Source: Bifidobacterium breve (GTDB lineage Bacteria; Actinomycetota; Actinomycetes; S36-B12). From it: a stretch of 62,692 nt of DNA. The notes beneath the pieces are model-generated. The model saw only the letters and a program-made list of their open reading frames with translations. It ran no database searches and was not told the DNA's origin. Positions 1 through 9,788 of the stretch are shown piece after piece. The stretch spans positions 1 to 62,692 of the forward strand of contig CAMDKJ010000001.1 of assembly GCA_945900705.1 (NCBI GenBank), given 5' to 3'. Positions within the stretch are counted from its first letter, which is position 1. Every line of letters begins with the position of its first letter. The position numbers were made by a program, and so were the translations under genes.

Positions 1-448
1 CGGTGATACCGATGACCACGAAGTCATAGATCGAGATCGGCCAGACCCGGCCGGCAAACTCGATACCGGAGTTATTAAATGGCTGCGGAAATGCCTGACT
101 GCCACCCGGCCAAATCATGCCCGCCGCAGCCTGTAAGGCGATGAGTACGCCAAACGTTGCGATGATCGCACCGGATGTGTCATTTCTTTTCACGGGGCGA
201 AGTACTAGGTATTGGACAATCACCCCAAGTACCGCGCCGGCGGCCAGAGCCCCGATTAAAGCGATATACCAAGATCCTGTCCAGGTCTGAATAGAAAGCG
301 CGATGAAGGTCGTGAACATCGCCTGCCCAACCTGCGCAAAGTTGACCACGCGCGTTGATCGCCAAATGAGGACCAAGGCGAGTGCCATCAGCGCGATGAT
401 CGCGCCCGACCCGAGGCCACCTAGGACGTAGTCAATGAATGTTGTCAT
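1..448 (-). CDS. Branched-chain amino acid ABC transporter permease (LivH-like), 3' end cut by window edge
   Basis: My own minus-strand translation from the ATG at 448-446 gives MTTFIDYVLGGLGSGAIIALMALALVLIWRSTRVVNFAQ..., a hydrophobic, LivH-like N-terminus. It lies directly downstream of livG/livF. It is missing from the ORF track because there is no stop codon inside the window. Confidence 0.75.
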   Translation of the reverse strand, partial: MTTFIDYVLGGLGSGAIIALMALALVLIWRSTRVVNFAQVGQAMFTTFIALSIQTWTGSWYIALIGALAAGAVLGVIVQYLVLRPVKRNDTSGAIIATFGVLIALQAAAGMIWPGGSQAFPQPFNNSGIEFAGRVWPISIYDFVVIGIT

Positions 449-458
449 GTGTCACCTC

Positions 459-1163
459 CTAGTAGCCCAAATAGGCATGTCGAAGTTGTTCATCTGCCGC
501 GATTTCTGCACCACTGCCGACCATCACTACATTTCCGAGGTTTAGGACGACACCCGTAGTTGCAACGCGTAAGGCGGTAACGGCGTTTTGCTCAACGAGC
601 AGTACAGCTAGGTCTGATTCACTAGCGAGTCGACTCACAAGTTCGAGAATCTGCGTGACGATGAGTGGTGCTAGGCCAAGTGATGGTTCATCAAGTAGTA
701 GCACCCGTGGATCCGACATTAGGGCCCGGCCAATTGCAAGTTGCTGACGTTCACCGCCACTTAGCGTGTCGGCTCGCATCTTGCGCCGCTGCGCGAGCAC
801 CGGGAATAGGTCAAAAACCTGCGCATGTGTTGAGTTGCGCCCTGCTTTGTCACGCCATAGGCCGCCAAGTCGCAGATTTTCTTCGACGGTTAACTCAGGA
901 ATGGTGGACCGGCCTTCGGGTACGAGAGAGACGCCAAGGCGGACGATGTCTTCGGGTTTGCGGCCGGTGATTGTGACGCCACCAACAGTTGCACCGCCGG
1001 ATCCTGGTCGAACAAGGCCCGACAGGGTGCGCATGAGAGTTGACTTGCCGGCCCCATTGGCACCGATAACGGCGGTGACCTCACCCTTTGGTACTTCAAT
1101 GGAAACATTGGACAGGGCCTGCACGGCACCGTAGTTAACTGACAGATCGGTGATGGTTAGCAT
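459..1163 (-). CDS. livF: Branched-chain amino acid ABC transporter ATP-binding protein LivF
   Basis: Walker A GANGAGKST, signature LSGGERQQ and Walker B LLLDEP. The MLTITDLSVNYG... N-terminus is typical of LivF. The start codon overlaps the livG stop. Confidence 0.9.
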   Translation of the reverse strand: MLTITDLSVNYGAVQALSNVSIEVPKGEVTAVIGANGAGKSTLMRTLSGLVRPGSGGATVGGVTITGRKPEDIVRLGVSLVPEGRSTIPELTVEENLRLGGLWRDKAGRNSTHAQVFDLFPVLAQRRKMRADTLSGGERQQLAIGRALMSDPRVLLLDEPSLGLAPLIVTQILELVSRLASESDLAVLLVEQNAVTALRVATTGVVLNLGNVVMVGSGAEIAADEQLRHAYLGY

Positions 1164-1966
1164 CAGGTGGCTCCGTCTTCACCGAGATAGGCAGCCAGTA
1201 CGGCCGGGTCTCGACGGACTTCATCAGGGGTGCCGGCGGCAATTACTTTGCCGGCGTCAAGAACCCAAATGAGGTCGCAGACTTCCATGACTAATTCCAT
1301 GTGGTGTTCAACGAGTAGAACTGTGCGCTTAGGTACCCAACTTCGAATTAGCTCTGCCAACTCAGAAATATCTGCCGCACTAATACCACCGGCGGGCTCG
1401 TCCAGCAGTAATACCTGTGGGTCACTAACTAGGGCTCGCGCGAGTGCGACGCGCTTTTGGATGGGGTAGGGCAGTTCACCGGGCAACCTATTAGCCGCGT
1501 CAGCGATATTGAGCTCACCAAGTACTGCCATGGATTGCGCACGCAATCGGTTCTGCTCCACGTCGGTCCAAGGCATGGCCAGTGCTTGCGCGATGATCCC
1601 GCTGCGCACCTGCGATGAGCCGCCGATCATGACATTTTCGAGGGCACTCATGGTCGGGAAGAGTCCGACTCCCTGCAAGGTGCGGGCGATGCCCTTCTTT
1701 GTGAGGTGATGGGGGTGCACATGTTTTTGCTTCTTACCATCAACCTTGATGGTGCCTGAGTCGGCGAGCACGAAACCGCTGATTACATTAAAAACGGTGG
1801 TCTTGCCCGCGCCATTGGGTCCGATTAAGCCGGTCACGGTGCCCTGCGGCACCCCGATGCTGACGGCGTCGAGGATTTGCAGCCCACTAAGTTTCAGGCT
1901 GATCTCGCAGAGTTCCAAAATCGGGTCGGTCAGCGGCAGAAAGTACTTCACCAGCCCCCTGTCCAA
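1163..1966 (-). CDS. livG: Branched-chain amino acid ABC transporter ATP-binding protein LivG
   Basis: Walker A GPNGAGKTT followed by the LivG-type FNVISG, Walker B LLLDEPAGG, and the C-terminal AYLG tail. Confidence 0.9.
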   Translation of the reverse strand: MDRGLVKYFLPLTDPILELCEISLKLSGLQILDAVSIGVPQGTVTGLIGPNGAGKTTVFNVISGFVLADSGTIKVDGKKQKHVHPHHLTKKGIARTLQGVGLFPTMSALENVMIGGSSQVRSGIIAQALAMPWTDVEQNRLRAQSMAVLGELNIADAANRLPGELPYPIQKRVALARALVSDPQVLLLDEPAGGISAADISELAELIRSWVPKRTVLLVEHHMELVMEVCDLIWVLDAGKVIAAGTPDEVRRDPAVLAAYLGEDGAT

Positions 1967-2033
1967 AGAGTTTCAGCCACCATACCCGCGCGGCCCGGGC
2001 TATGGTGCACAGTTGCGGCAGGTTCTGCAGATT

Positions 2034-2636
2034 TTAAAGACGCAGCACGCTGACGGCGAAGTCTGCGTCAAGGCGCCAGGGGCGTAGATCCCAGGTGGCG
2101 AAGCGGTGTTCGAGTGCGAATCCGGCCCCGGCTAGGTGCTTATCGAATTCGCCCATCTCGTATCTATCGGTATGGAATCCAACAACCGTAAAACTATCCG
2201 GCTTCAAATGCTTCGCAATGCGGGTAAGTACGAGCTGCTCGGTGCCGGGTGCCACGAAGGCCATCACATTACCGGCCATGACGGCTGCATCGAATGGCGC
2301 AATTTGGCCCTGGTTTGCAAGGTCAAGTTCACTTAGGTCAGCAACTAACCAAGTGGGGCCGACGTGATCAGCGCGGGCAGCGGCAATTAGCTCAGGATCG
2401 ACGTCGACCCCGACAACCTCGTGCCCGCACGCATGCAGGACGGCACCAACCCGACCGGGGCCGCAACCCGCATCCAAAATGCGCGAACCGCGCGGCACCA
2501 TCGCATCGATCAAACGGGCTTCACCGCCGAGATCATCGCCGTCGGCGGCCAATGAACGCAAGCGTTCGATGTAACACTGGGAATGATCGTCATCTGTGTC
2601 GGTGAACCAACGCGGCGCAGGTGTGGTGGTAGCCAT
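2034..2636 (-). CDS. Class I SAM-dependent methyltransferase
   Basis: SAM-binding motif I ILDAGCGPGRVG followed by an acidic VGVDVD loop. Length is 200 aa. Confidence 0.8.
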   Translation of the reverse strand: MATTTPAPRWFTDTDDDHSQCYIERLRSLAADGDDLGGEARLIDAMVPRGSRILDAGCGPGRVGAVLHACGHEVVGVDVDPELIAAARADHVGPTWLVADLSELDLANQGQIAPFDAAVMAGNVMAFVAPGTEQLVLTRIAKHLKPDSFTVVGFHTDRYEMGEFDKHLAGAGFALEHRFATWDLRPWRLDADFAVSVLRL

Positions 2637-2644
2637 TTGTCCAC

Positions 2645-3100
2645 CTAGCTATTGCGACTGGCGAAAATGAAGGCGGCCAGTCCGAGTACGACCGCCCCGG
2701 CCCCGGCCCCGACGTACAAGATATCGCTCGGGTCGGTGAGGTCAACGAGAATCCCGAGGAAAACCACCGCGATGATTGCGACAACCACGCCGATTAGCTT
2801 GTTCTTCAGGTCATCAAGTGAGCGAATCTCCAACCAAACCGGTAGCTGCACCGAACTGTCAACGAATAACTCGTAGAGCCCGTATCCGATCACCAGGAGC
2901 ACGGTGGCCAGCAGCAAAATGTCCACCGCCGTCAAAATCCCAACAACTGATTGCTTGATGGAAATCGATTGATTGAAGAGGTTGACAATCGATCCCCCGA
3001 TCTCCCAGACGCCGATGATCATCAAGACAAAGGATCCGATGATGGAGCCGATAGCGGGCACGGCAACCACGTACCGGGAAACTTCAATAAGGCGACGCAT
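2645..3100 (-). CDS. YqhA/UPF0114-family integral membrane protein
   Basis: 151 aa with about four hydrophobic helices. The RY..AVP N-terminus and the central LDDLKNKLIGVVVAI segment resemble E. coli YqhA as I recall it. Confidence 0.6.
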   Translation of the reverse strand: MRRLIEVSRYVVAVPAIGSIIGSFVLMIIGVWEIGGSIVNLFNQSISIKQSVVGILTAVDILLLATVLLVIGYGLYELFVDSSVQLPVWLEIRSLDDLKNKLIGVVVAIIAVVFLGILVDLTDPSDILYVGAGAGAVVLGLAAFIFASRNS

Positions 3101-3193
3101 GGGTCAACGTTAGCCGCTGCCCTGCGGGGCGCTGGACCCGACTAGCATCTTGGGTACCTAAAACAATCCGGGCCTACCTTGGAGCTCTGCGAG

Positions 3194-4621
3194 ATGTCAA
3201 CGATCACTACACCCGCCCTGACTACCCACTGGCCACCACCTGACCCAGCCACCTGGCGAAGTGTGCCAACTAGTGCATCACTACCGGTCGACCCGGCTCG
3301 TGTACAGGTGTTACTTGACAGTGAGTGGGAGAGATTCGCCGCGACCACCGGTGGCTCAGCGGCTCACCATGTTCGCGCCACCGGGTCGTTGCCACTCGGG
3401 GTGCCGTCCTCATTCCAACACTGGGATCCCTATCCGATCTCGATCGAATCAGCAAAAGGTGCTTGGTTAAAAGATGTTGACGGACGACCACTACTTGATC
3501 TTTCAATGGGTTTTGGCGCCATGTTGGTTGGGCACCTAAACCCAAGCGTTGTTGCCGCCGTCACCCTGGCCCTTGAAACAGGTACTTTGTTTGTGACCCC
3601 TTCGCCATCTGCCACCGAGGTTGCTGAGCGGTTCCAGCGCCGGTTCGGGCTTGACCTAGTGCGCTTCACCAACTCAGGCACCGAGGCCACCATGTATGCC
3701 GTGCGCACTGCGCGGGCCTACACCCATCGCCATGCAATTGTGAAGATCGAGGGCGGGTACCACGGTGGGTATGACGGGCTGGCTGTGTCCGTCAAACCTG
3801 CTGTTGCCGAAGCTGGCCCGGAAGGCTTTCCAATTCCGGTCGTGCCATTTGATGTCGAGGCCGGCACTGTTCACGTAGTGCCTTATAACAACCTTGAGCG
3901 ACTTGTTGAAATCTTGAGCGCCCACAGTGACCAGATTGCAGCCGTGGTGATGGAGCCGGTGCTCGAAAATATTTCGATTGTGGTTCCAGACGCCGGGTAC
4001 CTTGCCGGGGTACGTGCGGCCTGTGACGCGCACGGTGTCCTGTTGGTTTTCGACGAAGTGAAGACCGGGCTCACCGCCGGTTACGGTGGGGCTTCGCAGC
4101 GTCTTGGAGTCACACCAGATTTAGTCTGCCTCGCAAAGAGCATTGGCGGCGGGTTACCGCTGGCGGCTTTTGGCGGTCGGGCCGAAGTGATGGCGGCGGT
4201 TACCGATGGCCGGATGCCGCACTTCGGCACTTACAACGGTAACCCACTCGTGATGGCTGCTGCCGCTGCCGTTGATGATATTTGCACCGCGGAGGCCCTC
4301 GCGGCGGCCGAATTAGTAAATGAAGGTGCGCTGCGCGCCGTTGACGAAATTATCTTGCGCCACGAGCTACCCGCACATACCGTGGGCTTCGGTGTCAAGG
4401 GTGCGATCACTTGGTCAACGACCCCGGTACGCACCTACCGTGACTACAAGCGCACCGATTTTGGGGCCGCTGAACTGAGCTGGCTGTGGGGGGTCAATCG
4501 CGGTATTTTGACCCCGCCCGGCCTTGACGAGCAGTGGTTGGTATCGCTCGCACACACCGCTGCAGACATGCAATTGATGGTTGATGGCTTTGATGAACTA
4601 GCGCAGGCTCTGCGGGCTTAA
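3194..4621 (+). CDS. Class-III PLP aminotransferase, glutamate-1-semialdehyde 2,1-aminomutase-like paralogue
   Basis: The PLP-lysine context DLVCLAKSIGGGLPLAAFGG matches the HemL-type GKxIGGG motif, and NSGTEA is present. The ORF opens at a TTG at 3179. The ATG at 3194 has a GGAG 9 nt upstream, so I prefer it as the start. Confidence 0.8.
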   Translation: MSTITTPALTTHWPPPDPATWRSVPTSASLPVDPARVQVLLDSEWERFAATTGGSAAHHVRATGSLPLGVPSSFQHWDPYPISIESAKGAWLKDVDGRPLLDLSMGFGAMLVGHLNPSVVAAVTLALETGTLFVTPSPSATEVAERFQRRFGLDLVRFTNSGTEATMYAVRTARAYTHRHAIVKIEGGYHGGYDGLAVSVKPAVAEAGPEGFPIPVVPFDVEAGTVHVVPYNNLERLVEILSAHSDQIAAVVMEPVLENISIVVPDAGYLAGVRAACDAHGVLLVFDEVKTGLTAGYGGASQRLGVTPDLVCLAKSIGGGLPLAAFGGRAEVMAAVTDGRMPHFGTYNGNPLVMAAAAAVDDICTAEALAAAELVNEGALRAVDEIILRHELPAHTVGFGVKGAITWSTTPVRTYRDYKRTDFGAAELSWLWGVNRGILTPPGLDEQWLVSLAHTAADMQLMVDGFDELAQALRA

Positions 4622-4637
4622 GAACTGTAGGTGCATC

Positions 4638-6662
4638 GTGGGCAACCGGTTAAGTGATTCGACGAGTCCGTATCTGCTTCAGCATGCCGACAACCCGGTT
4701 GACTGGTGGGAGTGGTCCGACGCAGCATTCGACGAGGCGCGTCTCCGCGATGTACCAATTTTCCTGTCGATCGGCTATTCCGCTTGCCACTGGTGTCATG
4801 TCATGGCCCACGAATCATTTGAAGATGAGGCCACCGCGGAATACTTGAATGCGAACTTCGTTTCTATCAAGGTTGATCGCGAGGAGCGCCCGGATATCGA
4901 CTCGGTTTATATGGGCGTCACGGTGGCGATGACCGGCCATGGAGGCTGGCCGATGACGGTGATCTTGGACCATGAAGCCCACCCGTTCTATGCGGGCACT
5001 TATTTTCCACCGACTCCACGTCATGGGATGCCCTCGTTCCCGCAACTACTTTCGGCGATTACTGATTCTTGGACACAGCGCCGCGGTGAGGTATTGGCGG
5101 CGGGACAGCGCATCATCACCGCTATTAATGAAAGAACTATGCCATTGCAAGACGACGGGCCACCCGATGCCGCAGACCTTCGTGCGGCAGTGGCAGCCAC
5201 CGAGCGCGAGTTCGATTCGGCGCAGGGAGGTTTTGGTGGCGCACCGAAGTTTCCGCCGTCCATGCTCCTTGAGTTTCTCCTGCGTGAGGCGGCACGAACT
5301 GATGATGCATTCGCCCTAGCGATGGCGGAAAGAACGCTATCGGCGATGGCGCGTGGTGGGCTTTTTGATCAACTGGGTGGCGGTTTTGCTCGTTACTCGG
5401 TGGACGCGAACTGGGTGGTGCCACATTTTGAAAAGATGCTTTATGACAATGCCCTCTTGCTACGTGTTTATGCACATTGGTGGCGCTTGACTGGATCGGC
5501 GCTGGCTGAGCGGGTGGTGCATCAGACTGCAGAGTTTCTGTTGCGTGAAATGACAACCCCGGAAGGTGCCTTCGCTTCCGCACTAGATGCCGATAGTGAA
5601 GGTGTTGAAGGTTTGTTCTACGCCTGGTCGCCCGAGCAGCTCATTGAGGTGCTGGGCGTTGAAGATGGCGAATGGGCCGCGGGGTTACTTGTGGTAACCG
5701 AGCCGGGCACCTTTGAGCATGGGCTTTCAACCCTGCAGCTGCCAGATGAGCCCGAGGATTTACCCCGGTGGGAGCAAGTGCGCTCGGCTCTGCTTGCGGC
5801 CAGGGCCGAACGGGTGCGCCCGGGTCGCGATGACAAAGTGGTGGCGGCCTGGAATGGGCTCGCCATTGCTGCCCTGGCTGAAGCAGGTGCGCTGTTCGCT
5901 GAACCGGAGTGGATTGAAGCCGCCTTGGGGGCTGCCGACCTATTGCTCGCGGTGCATTTGGGTGCCCATGATGATGACCGGCTGTGCCGCACGTCGCGCG
6001 ATGGTAGGGCCGGCACCAATAATGGTGTGCTGGATGACTACGGCAGTGTGGCCGAGGGTTTTCTAGCTCTTTATCAAGTCACGGGCGCTGATGAATGGCT
6101 AGTTCTAGCCGGCATGCTGCTTGATATTGCAATTCAGCATTTCGCTGATGGTGACGGTGGTTTCTTTGATACGGCCGACGACGCCCCGGCGTTGGTGCGT
6201 CGTCCGCGTGACGCGTCAGACAATGCGGAACCGTCCGGTTGGTTTGCTACCGCCAATGCGTGTATTACCTTTTCGGCGCTGACCGGGCTCGGCGAGTATC
6301 GAGCGATAGCAGAGCGCGCATTAGGTGCGGCAAAAGTTCTGGCGCTGCGCTCACCAAGGGCAGCCGGTTGGGGTTTAGCGGGGGCATCTGCATTACTCGC
6401 CGGCCCGTTGGAGATTGCGATAATCGGTACGCCTTCAGACCCCACCGCCGCCACCTTGCATCATGTCGCGCTGATGTCAGTTTCACCGGGAGCGGTTACC
6501 GCGCTGGGTGTTGCCGGTGAACTTTCTAGCGTGCCGCTGCTGCGCGAAAGACCGGCTCTGGACGAATTGCCCACCGCCTATGTGTGTCTGGGGTTCACCT
6601 GTCAGCGCCCGACGACTTCAGCGGTCGAGTTAGCGAAACAGGTCGCGTCGCTTAGGGAATGA
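4638..6662 (+). CDS. Thioredoxin-domain protein of the DUF255/YyaL family
   Basis: The N-terminus SPYLLQHADNPVDWWEW...GYSACHWCHVM is the DUF255 signature. A long alpha/alpha-toroid-like C-terminus follows. Length is 674 aa. Confidence 0.85.
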   Translation: MGNRLSDSTSPYLLQHADNPVDWWEWSDAAFDEARLRDVPIFLSIGYSACHWCHVMAHESFEDEATAEYLNANFVSIKVDREERPDIDSVYMGVTVAMTGHGGWPMTVILDHEAHPFYAGTYFPPTPRHGMPSFPQLLSAITDSWTQRRGEVLAAGQRIITAINERTMPLQDDGPPDAADLRAAVAATEREFDSAQGGFGGAPKFPPSMLLEFLLREAARTDDAFALAMAERTLSAMARGGLFDQLGGGFARYSVDANWVVPHFEKMLYDNALLLRVYAHWWRLTGSALAERVVHQTAEFLLREMTTPEGAFASALDADSEGVEGLFYAWSPEQLIEVLGVEDGEWAAGLLVVTEPGTFEHGLSTLQLPDEPEDLPRWEQVRSALLAARAERVRPGRDDKVVAAWNGLAIAALAEAGALFAEPEWIEAALGAADLLLAVHLGAHDDDRLCRTSRDGRAGTNNGVLDDYGSVAEGFLALYQVTGADEWLVLAGMLLDIAIQHFADGDGGFFDTADDAPALVRRPRDASDNAEPSGWFATANACITFSALTGLGEYRAIAERALGAAKVLALRSPRAAGWGLAGASALLAGPLEIAIIGTPSDPTAATLHHVALMSVSPGAVTALGVAGELSSVPLLRERPALDELPTAYVCLGFTCQRPTTSAVELAKQVASLRE

Positions 6663-6778
6663 AATACCTCGGGTTTACGGGCTTTCTGCGACATATTGCC
6701 CCGTGTCGCGGTAGCAACGTGCAGCCCGCTGGAGCGATAAGTCGCACTTCTATAGATCGAGCGGAGTAGCCTGCCCTC

Positions 6779-7540
6779 GTGGGTCTTCGAAATCTTCTAT
6801 ATGGCGTCTATGAACGCAATCTCCTGGGGCAGATTCCGCCGGCTGATCGACCGCGGCATATCGGGGTAATTCTCGACGGCAACCGGCGCTGGGCAACCGC
6901 GCAGGGCTCATCATCCTCGGCCGGCCACCGCGCTGGGGCCGCGAAGATCGTCGATTTCTTGGGTTGGTGCGATCAGGTAGACGTCGAAGTGGTTACTTTG
7001 TGGCTGCTATCTACCGACAATCTAGGCCGTCCCGAGCCTGAGCTCGGTGCACTCCTTGAGATCATCGAAGAGACTGTGACCGGCCTGGTTACCCAAGGCC
7101 GGTGGCGGCTCCACCCGGTCGGGTCCTTGGATTTATTGCCAGACCGCACCGCTCGGATGCTGAAAGAGGCACAGGAGGCAACAGCCGATGTCGCTGGGTC
7201 ACTTGTCAACATCGCGGTGGGTTACGGCGGGCGCCGTGAAGTCGTCGATGCCGTACGCGCGCTACTTCAGGAGCAAGCCAGCCAGGGCACGAGCATTGAT
7301 GAGCTCGCCCAAATAATTGATGTCGAGCACATCACTGAGCATCTCTATACAAAAGGTCAGCCAGATCCTGATCTTGTCATCCGAACATCGGGTGAACAGA
7401 GGCTTTCTGGATTTCTCCTCTGGCAAAGTGCGCACTCGGAGTTTTACTTCTGCGAGGCCTATTGGCCTGATTTTCGGCATGTTGACTTCCTGCGCGCCCT
7501 GCGCGCCTATGCCGATCGGCAGCGCCGGTTCGGCATTTAG
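6779..7540 (+). CDS. uppS: Isoprenyl transferase (undecaprenyl/decaprenyl diphosphate synthase family)
   Basis: [26 protein letters not shown] and [24 protein letters not shown] are canonical cis-prenyltransferase motifs. Confidence 0.9.
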   Translation: MGLRNLLYGVYERNLLGQIPPADRPRHIGVILDGNRRWATAQGSSSSAGHRAGAAKIVDFLGWCDQVDVEVVTLWLLSTDNLGRPEPELGALLEIIEETVTGLVTQGRWRLHPVGSLDLLPDRTARMLKEAQEATADVAGSLVNIAVGYGGRREVVDAVRALLQEQASQGTSIDELAQIIDVEHITEHLYTKGQPDPDLVIRTSGEQRLSGFLLWQSAHSEFYFCEAYWPDFRHVDFLRALRAYADRQRRFGI

Positions 7541-7655
7541 TTACCGGCGTGTCACCGCGCTATGTCGCCTTTGTCCCTTTAGCGTCAGACTCGCGGGTTC
7601 GCAAGCCGCGGACCCGTTTCCGCGCCAGGCCGCTTGCGGCCGCACAGGAGGCTTC

Positions 7656-8969
7656 GTGACCTCACCAAAGTCCAGCCCCGCTCGCCGCACTTACGTCCTT
7701 GATACTTCGGTTTTATTGTCTGACCCCCGAGCGATGTTGCGTTTTGATGAGCATGACGTTGTCATACCGGTGGTGGTGATCATCGAGCTAGAGGCGAAGC
7801 GCAGCCACCCAGAACTTGGGTACTTCGCGCGTAACGCACTTCGGCTACTCGATGATCTTCGCATTTCACATGGTCGACTCGATGCCCCGATGTCGGTTGG
7901 TGAGTTGGGCGGCACCTTGCGAGTTGAGCTCAACCACATTGATACTTCGGTACTGCCGACCGGTTTCCAACTAGGTGATAACGACACTCGCATTTTGGCA
8001 GTGGCGCGTAGTTTGTCCAATGAAGGTAGTGATGTTGTCCTTGTCAGTAAGGACCTTCCAATGCGGGTAAAAGCCTCAGCCGTTGGCCTGATGGCCGAGG
8101 AGTATCGCGCGGAGTTGGTTGTTGAGACCGGCTTCACCGGAATGGCCGAGATTGACGTAGCAGCCGCAGACATCGATCAACTTTATGAAGATTCGGTCAT
8201 TGATCTTGATGTCGCGCGCGACTTGGCTTGCCATACGGGTTTGGTGTTGATCTCTGACCGCGGTAGCGCACTTGGCCGAGTAACCGCCGATAAGCGCGTT
8301 CGCCTCGTTCGTGGTGATCGCGAAGCTTTCGGATTACATGGCCGTAGCGCTGAGCAGCGCATAGCCTTGGATCTATTGCTTGATCCAGATATTGGGATCA
8401 TCTCCCTGGGCGGGCGAGCCGGCACCGGTAAGAGTGCATTGGCACTATGCGCCGGGCTCGAGGCGGTACTTGAGCGCCGTCAGCATCGCAAAGTGATCGT
8501 GTTCCGGCCGCTATTTGCAGTCGGCGGCCAAGAGCTTGGCTACCTACCGGGTAATGAGCAGGAGAAAATGTCACCTTGGGGGCAAGCGGTCTTTGACACT
8601 CTGGGCGCTGTGACGACCCAAGAAGTCGTCGAAGAGATTGTCGATCGGGGCATGCTTGAAGTATTACCGCTAACCCATATCCGTGGTCGGTCGCTACATG
8701 ATGCTTTCGTGATTGTCGACGAGGCTCAATCACTTGAGCGAAATGTGCTGTTGACCGTGCTTTCACGGATCGGCCGTGATAGCCGGGTCATTCTTACTCA
8801 CGATGTTGCGCAGCGCGACAATCTGCGGGTGGGCCGCCACGATGGGGTAGTTGCGGTTGTCGAGAAACTTAAGGGGCATCCGTTATTTGCCCATGTGACG
8901 CTAACTCGATCTGAGCGGTCACCCATTGCGGCTTTGGTAACCGAAATGCTCGAGAGTATTGACCTTTAA
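7656..8969 (+). CDS. PhoH2-type PIN-domain / PhoH ATPase fusion protein
   Basis: The PIN N-terminus is [12 protein letters not shown]...[12 protein letters not shown]. The PhoH Walker A is [13 protein letters not shown], and VIVDEAQ is present. An in-frame GTG at 7656 has an AGGAG 6 nt upstream. The upstream part of the 7317 ORF overlaps uppS and is not credible. Confidence 0.85.
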   Translation: MTSPKSSPARRTYVLDTSVLLSDPRAMLRFDEHDVVIPVVVIIELEAKRSHPELGYFARNALRLLDDLRISHGRLDAPMSVGELGGTLRVELNHIDTSVLPTGFQLGDNDTRILAVARSLSNEGSDVVLVSKDLPMRVKASAVGLMAEEYRAELVVETGFTGMAEIDVAAADIDQLYEDSVIDLDVARDLACHTGLVLISDRGSALGRVTADKRVRLVRGDREAFGLHGRSAEQRIALDLLLDPDIGIISLGGRAGTGKSALALCAGLEAVLERRQHRKVIVFRPLFAVGGQELGYLPGNEQEKMSPWGQAVFDTLGAVTTQEVVEEIVDRGMLEVLPLTHIRGRSLHDAFVIVDEAQSLERNVLLTVLSRIGRDSRVILTHDVAQRDNLRVGRHDGVVAVVEKLKGHPLFAHVTLTRSERSPIAALVTEMLESIDL

Positions 8970-9239
8970 CCTGCTCTGAGCTCTGGTACCCGGCTTCGTA
9001 CAGTGGTTTGGTGGTGGTAGCCCCCAGATCTGTACTGTCGATGGGTTGTGGGTATCAGTGTGATCCCGATCACACAAAAACGGCGTCTAGCGCAGTAAAT
9101 ATGTGACGGAATTAAACCTATGGCCGATTTATACCAATTTGTGCGTGACATCAACCACTCAGGCGAAAGGTGACACGGCGGCGGACTCAAGGCACGGTAG
9201 AGCCTAGAAATGCTGGCGAAAGACGATTGGCGGGTGGGT

Positions 9240-9788
9240 ATGCAAGGCGGCCGGATCAAGGTGACGGGCATTGCACTTATCACCGCACTTGCGTTATTGG
9301 CAACTGGGCCGGCGGCGGTGGCGGACGAGTTGTCGCCTGGTGATTCCCAACCACCGGCCGCGGCAAGTGACCTGAAACAAATCGAACTTGCCCTCGCCCG
9401 GGGCGACTTCAAAGCCGGTGACCGCCACGGAGTGATGGTTAGTCTGTACCAGGGCAAATGGTTCATGCCCAAGCGCGAGAAGGTGCGCCGCTGCATCGCG
9501 AAACGTGAGAGTGGCGCCAACTACCGGGCGGTCAGCGCCGGCGGCCGCTACCGCGGCGCGTACCAGATGAGTCGCCGGCTAGCTGTTGGCGCGTCGTGGA
9601 TGATGCAGCGCGAAGTCCGCAAAGGACTTGGTGCCGAGGCCGAGAAAATTGTTATCGCCTTACGAAAGAAGCCCACCCAGCAGTGGAACCGTTACTGGCA
9701 AGATCGAGCTTTTTGGACCATATGGCGAGGCGGCAAGGGCAAGAGTCACTGGCGCGGAGGCGCCCATGGTTGCATGAATCGCCGGTAA
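9240..9788 (+). CDS. Secreted protein with a transglycosylase-like (Rpf/IsaA-type) domain
   Basis: Signal-peptide-like stretch IKVTGIALITALALLATGPAAVA. The motif CIAKRESGANYRAVSAGGRYRGAYQM resembles the C..ESG.NY...GAYQ transglycosylase-like motif. The start could be 9210 or 9240. Confidence 0.6.
   Translation: MQGGRIKVTGIALITALALLATGPAAVADELSPGDSQPPAAASDLKQIELALARGDFKAGDRHGVMVSLYQGKWFMPKREKVRRCIAKRESGANYRAVSAGGRYRGAYQMSRRLAVGASWMMQREVRKGLGAEAEKIVIALRKKPTQQWNRYWQDRAFWTIWRGGKGKSHWRGGAHGCMNRR

Noticed and set aside
7317-7655. N-terminal 113 codons of the 550-aa track ORF
   Set aside because: This part overlaps the 3' end of uppS in another frame and its composition is not protein-like. A GTG with a good SD at 7656 precedes the PIN domain.
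8970-9209. c-di-AMP (ydaO-type) riboswitch, which often precedes actinobacterial Rpf or cell-wall hydrolase genes
   Set aside because: I could not find the characteristic conserved ACGGGG / CCGA..GGGGA-type blocks or the pseudo-twofold architecture by eye. A covariance-model scan would settle it.
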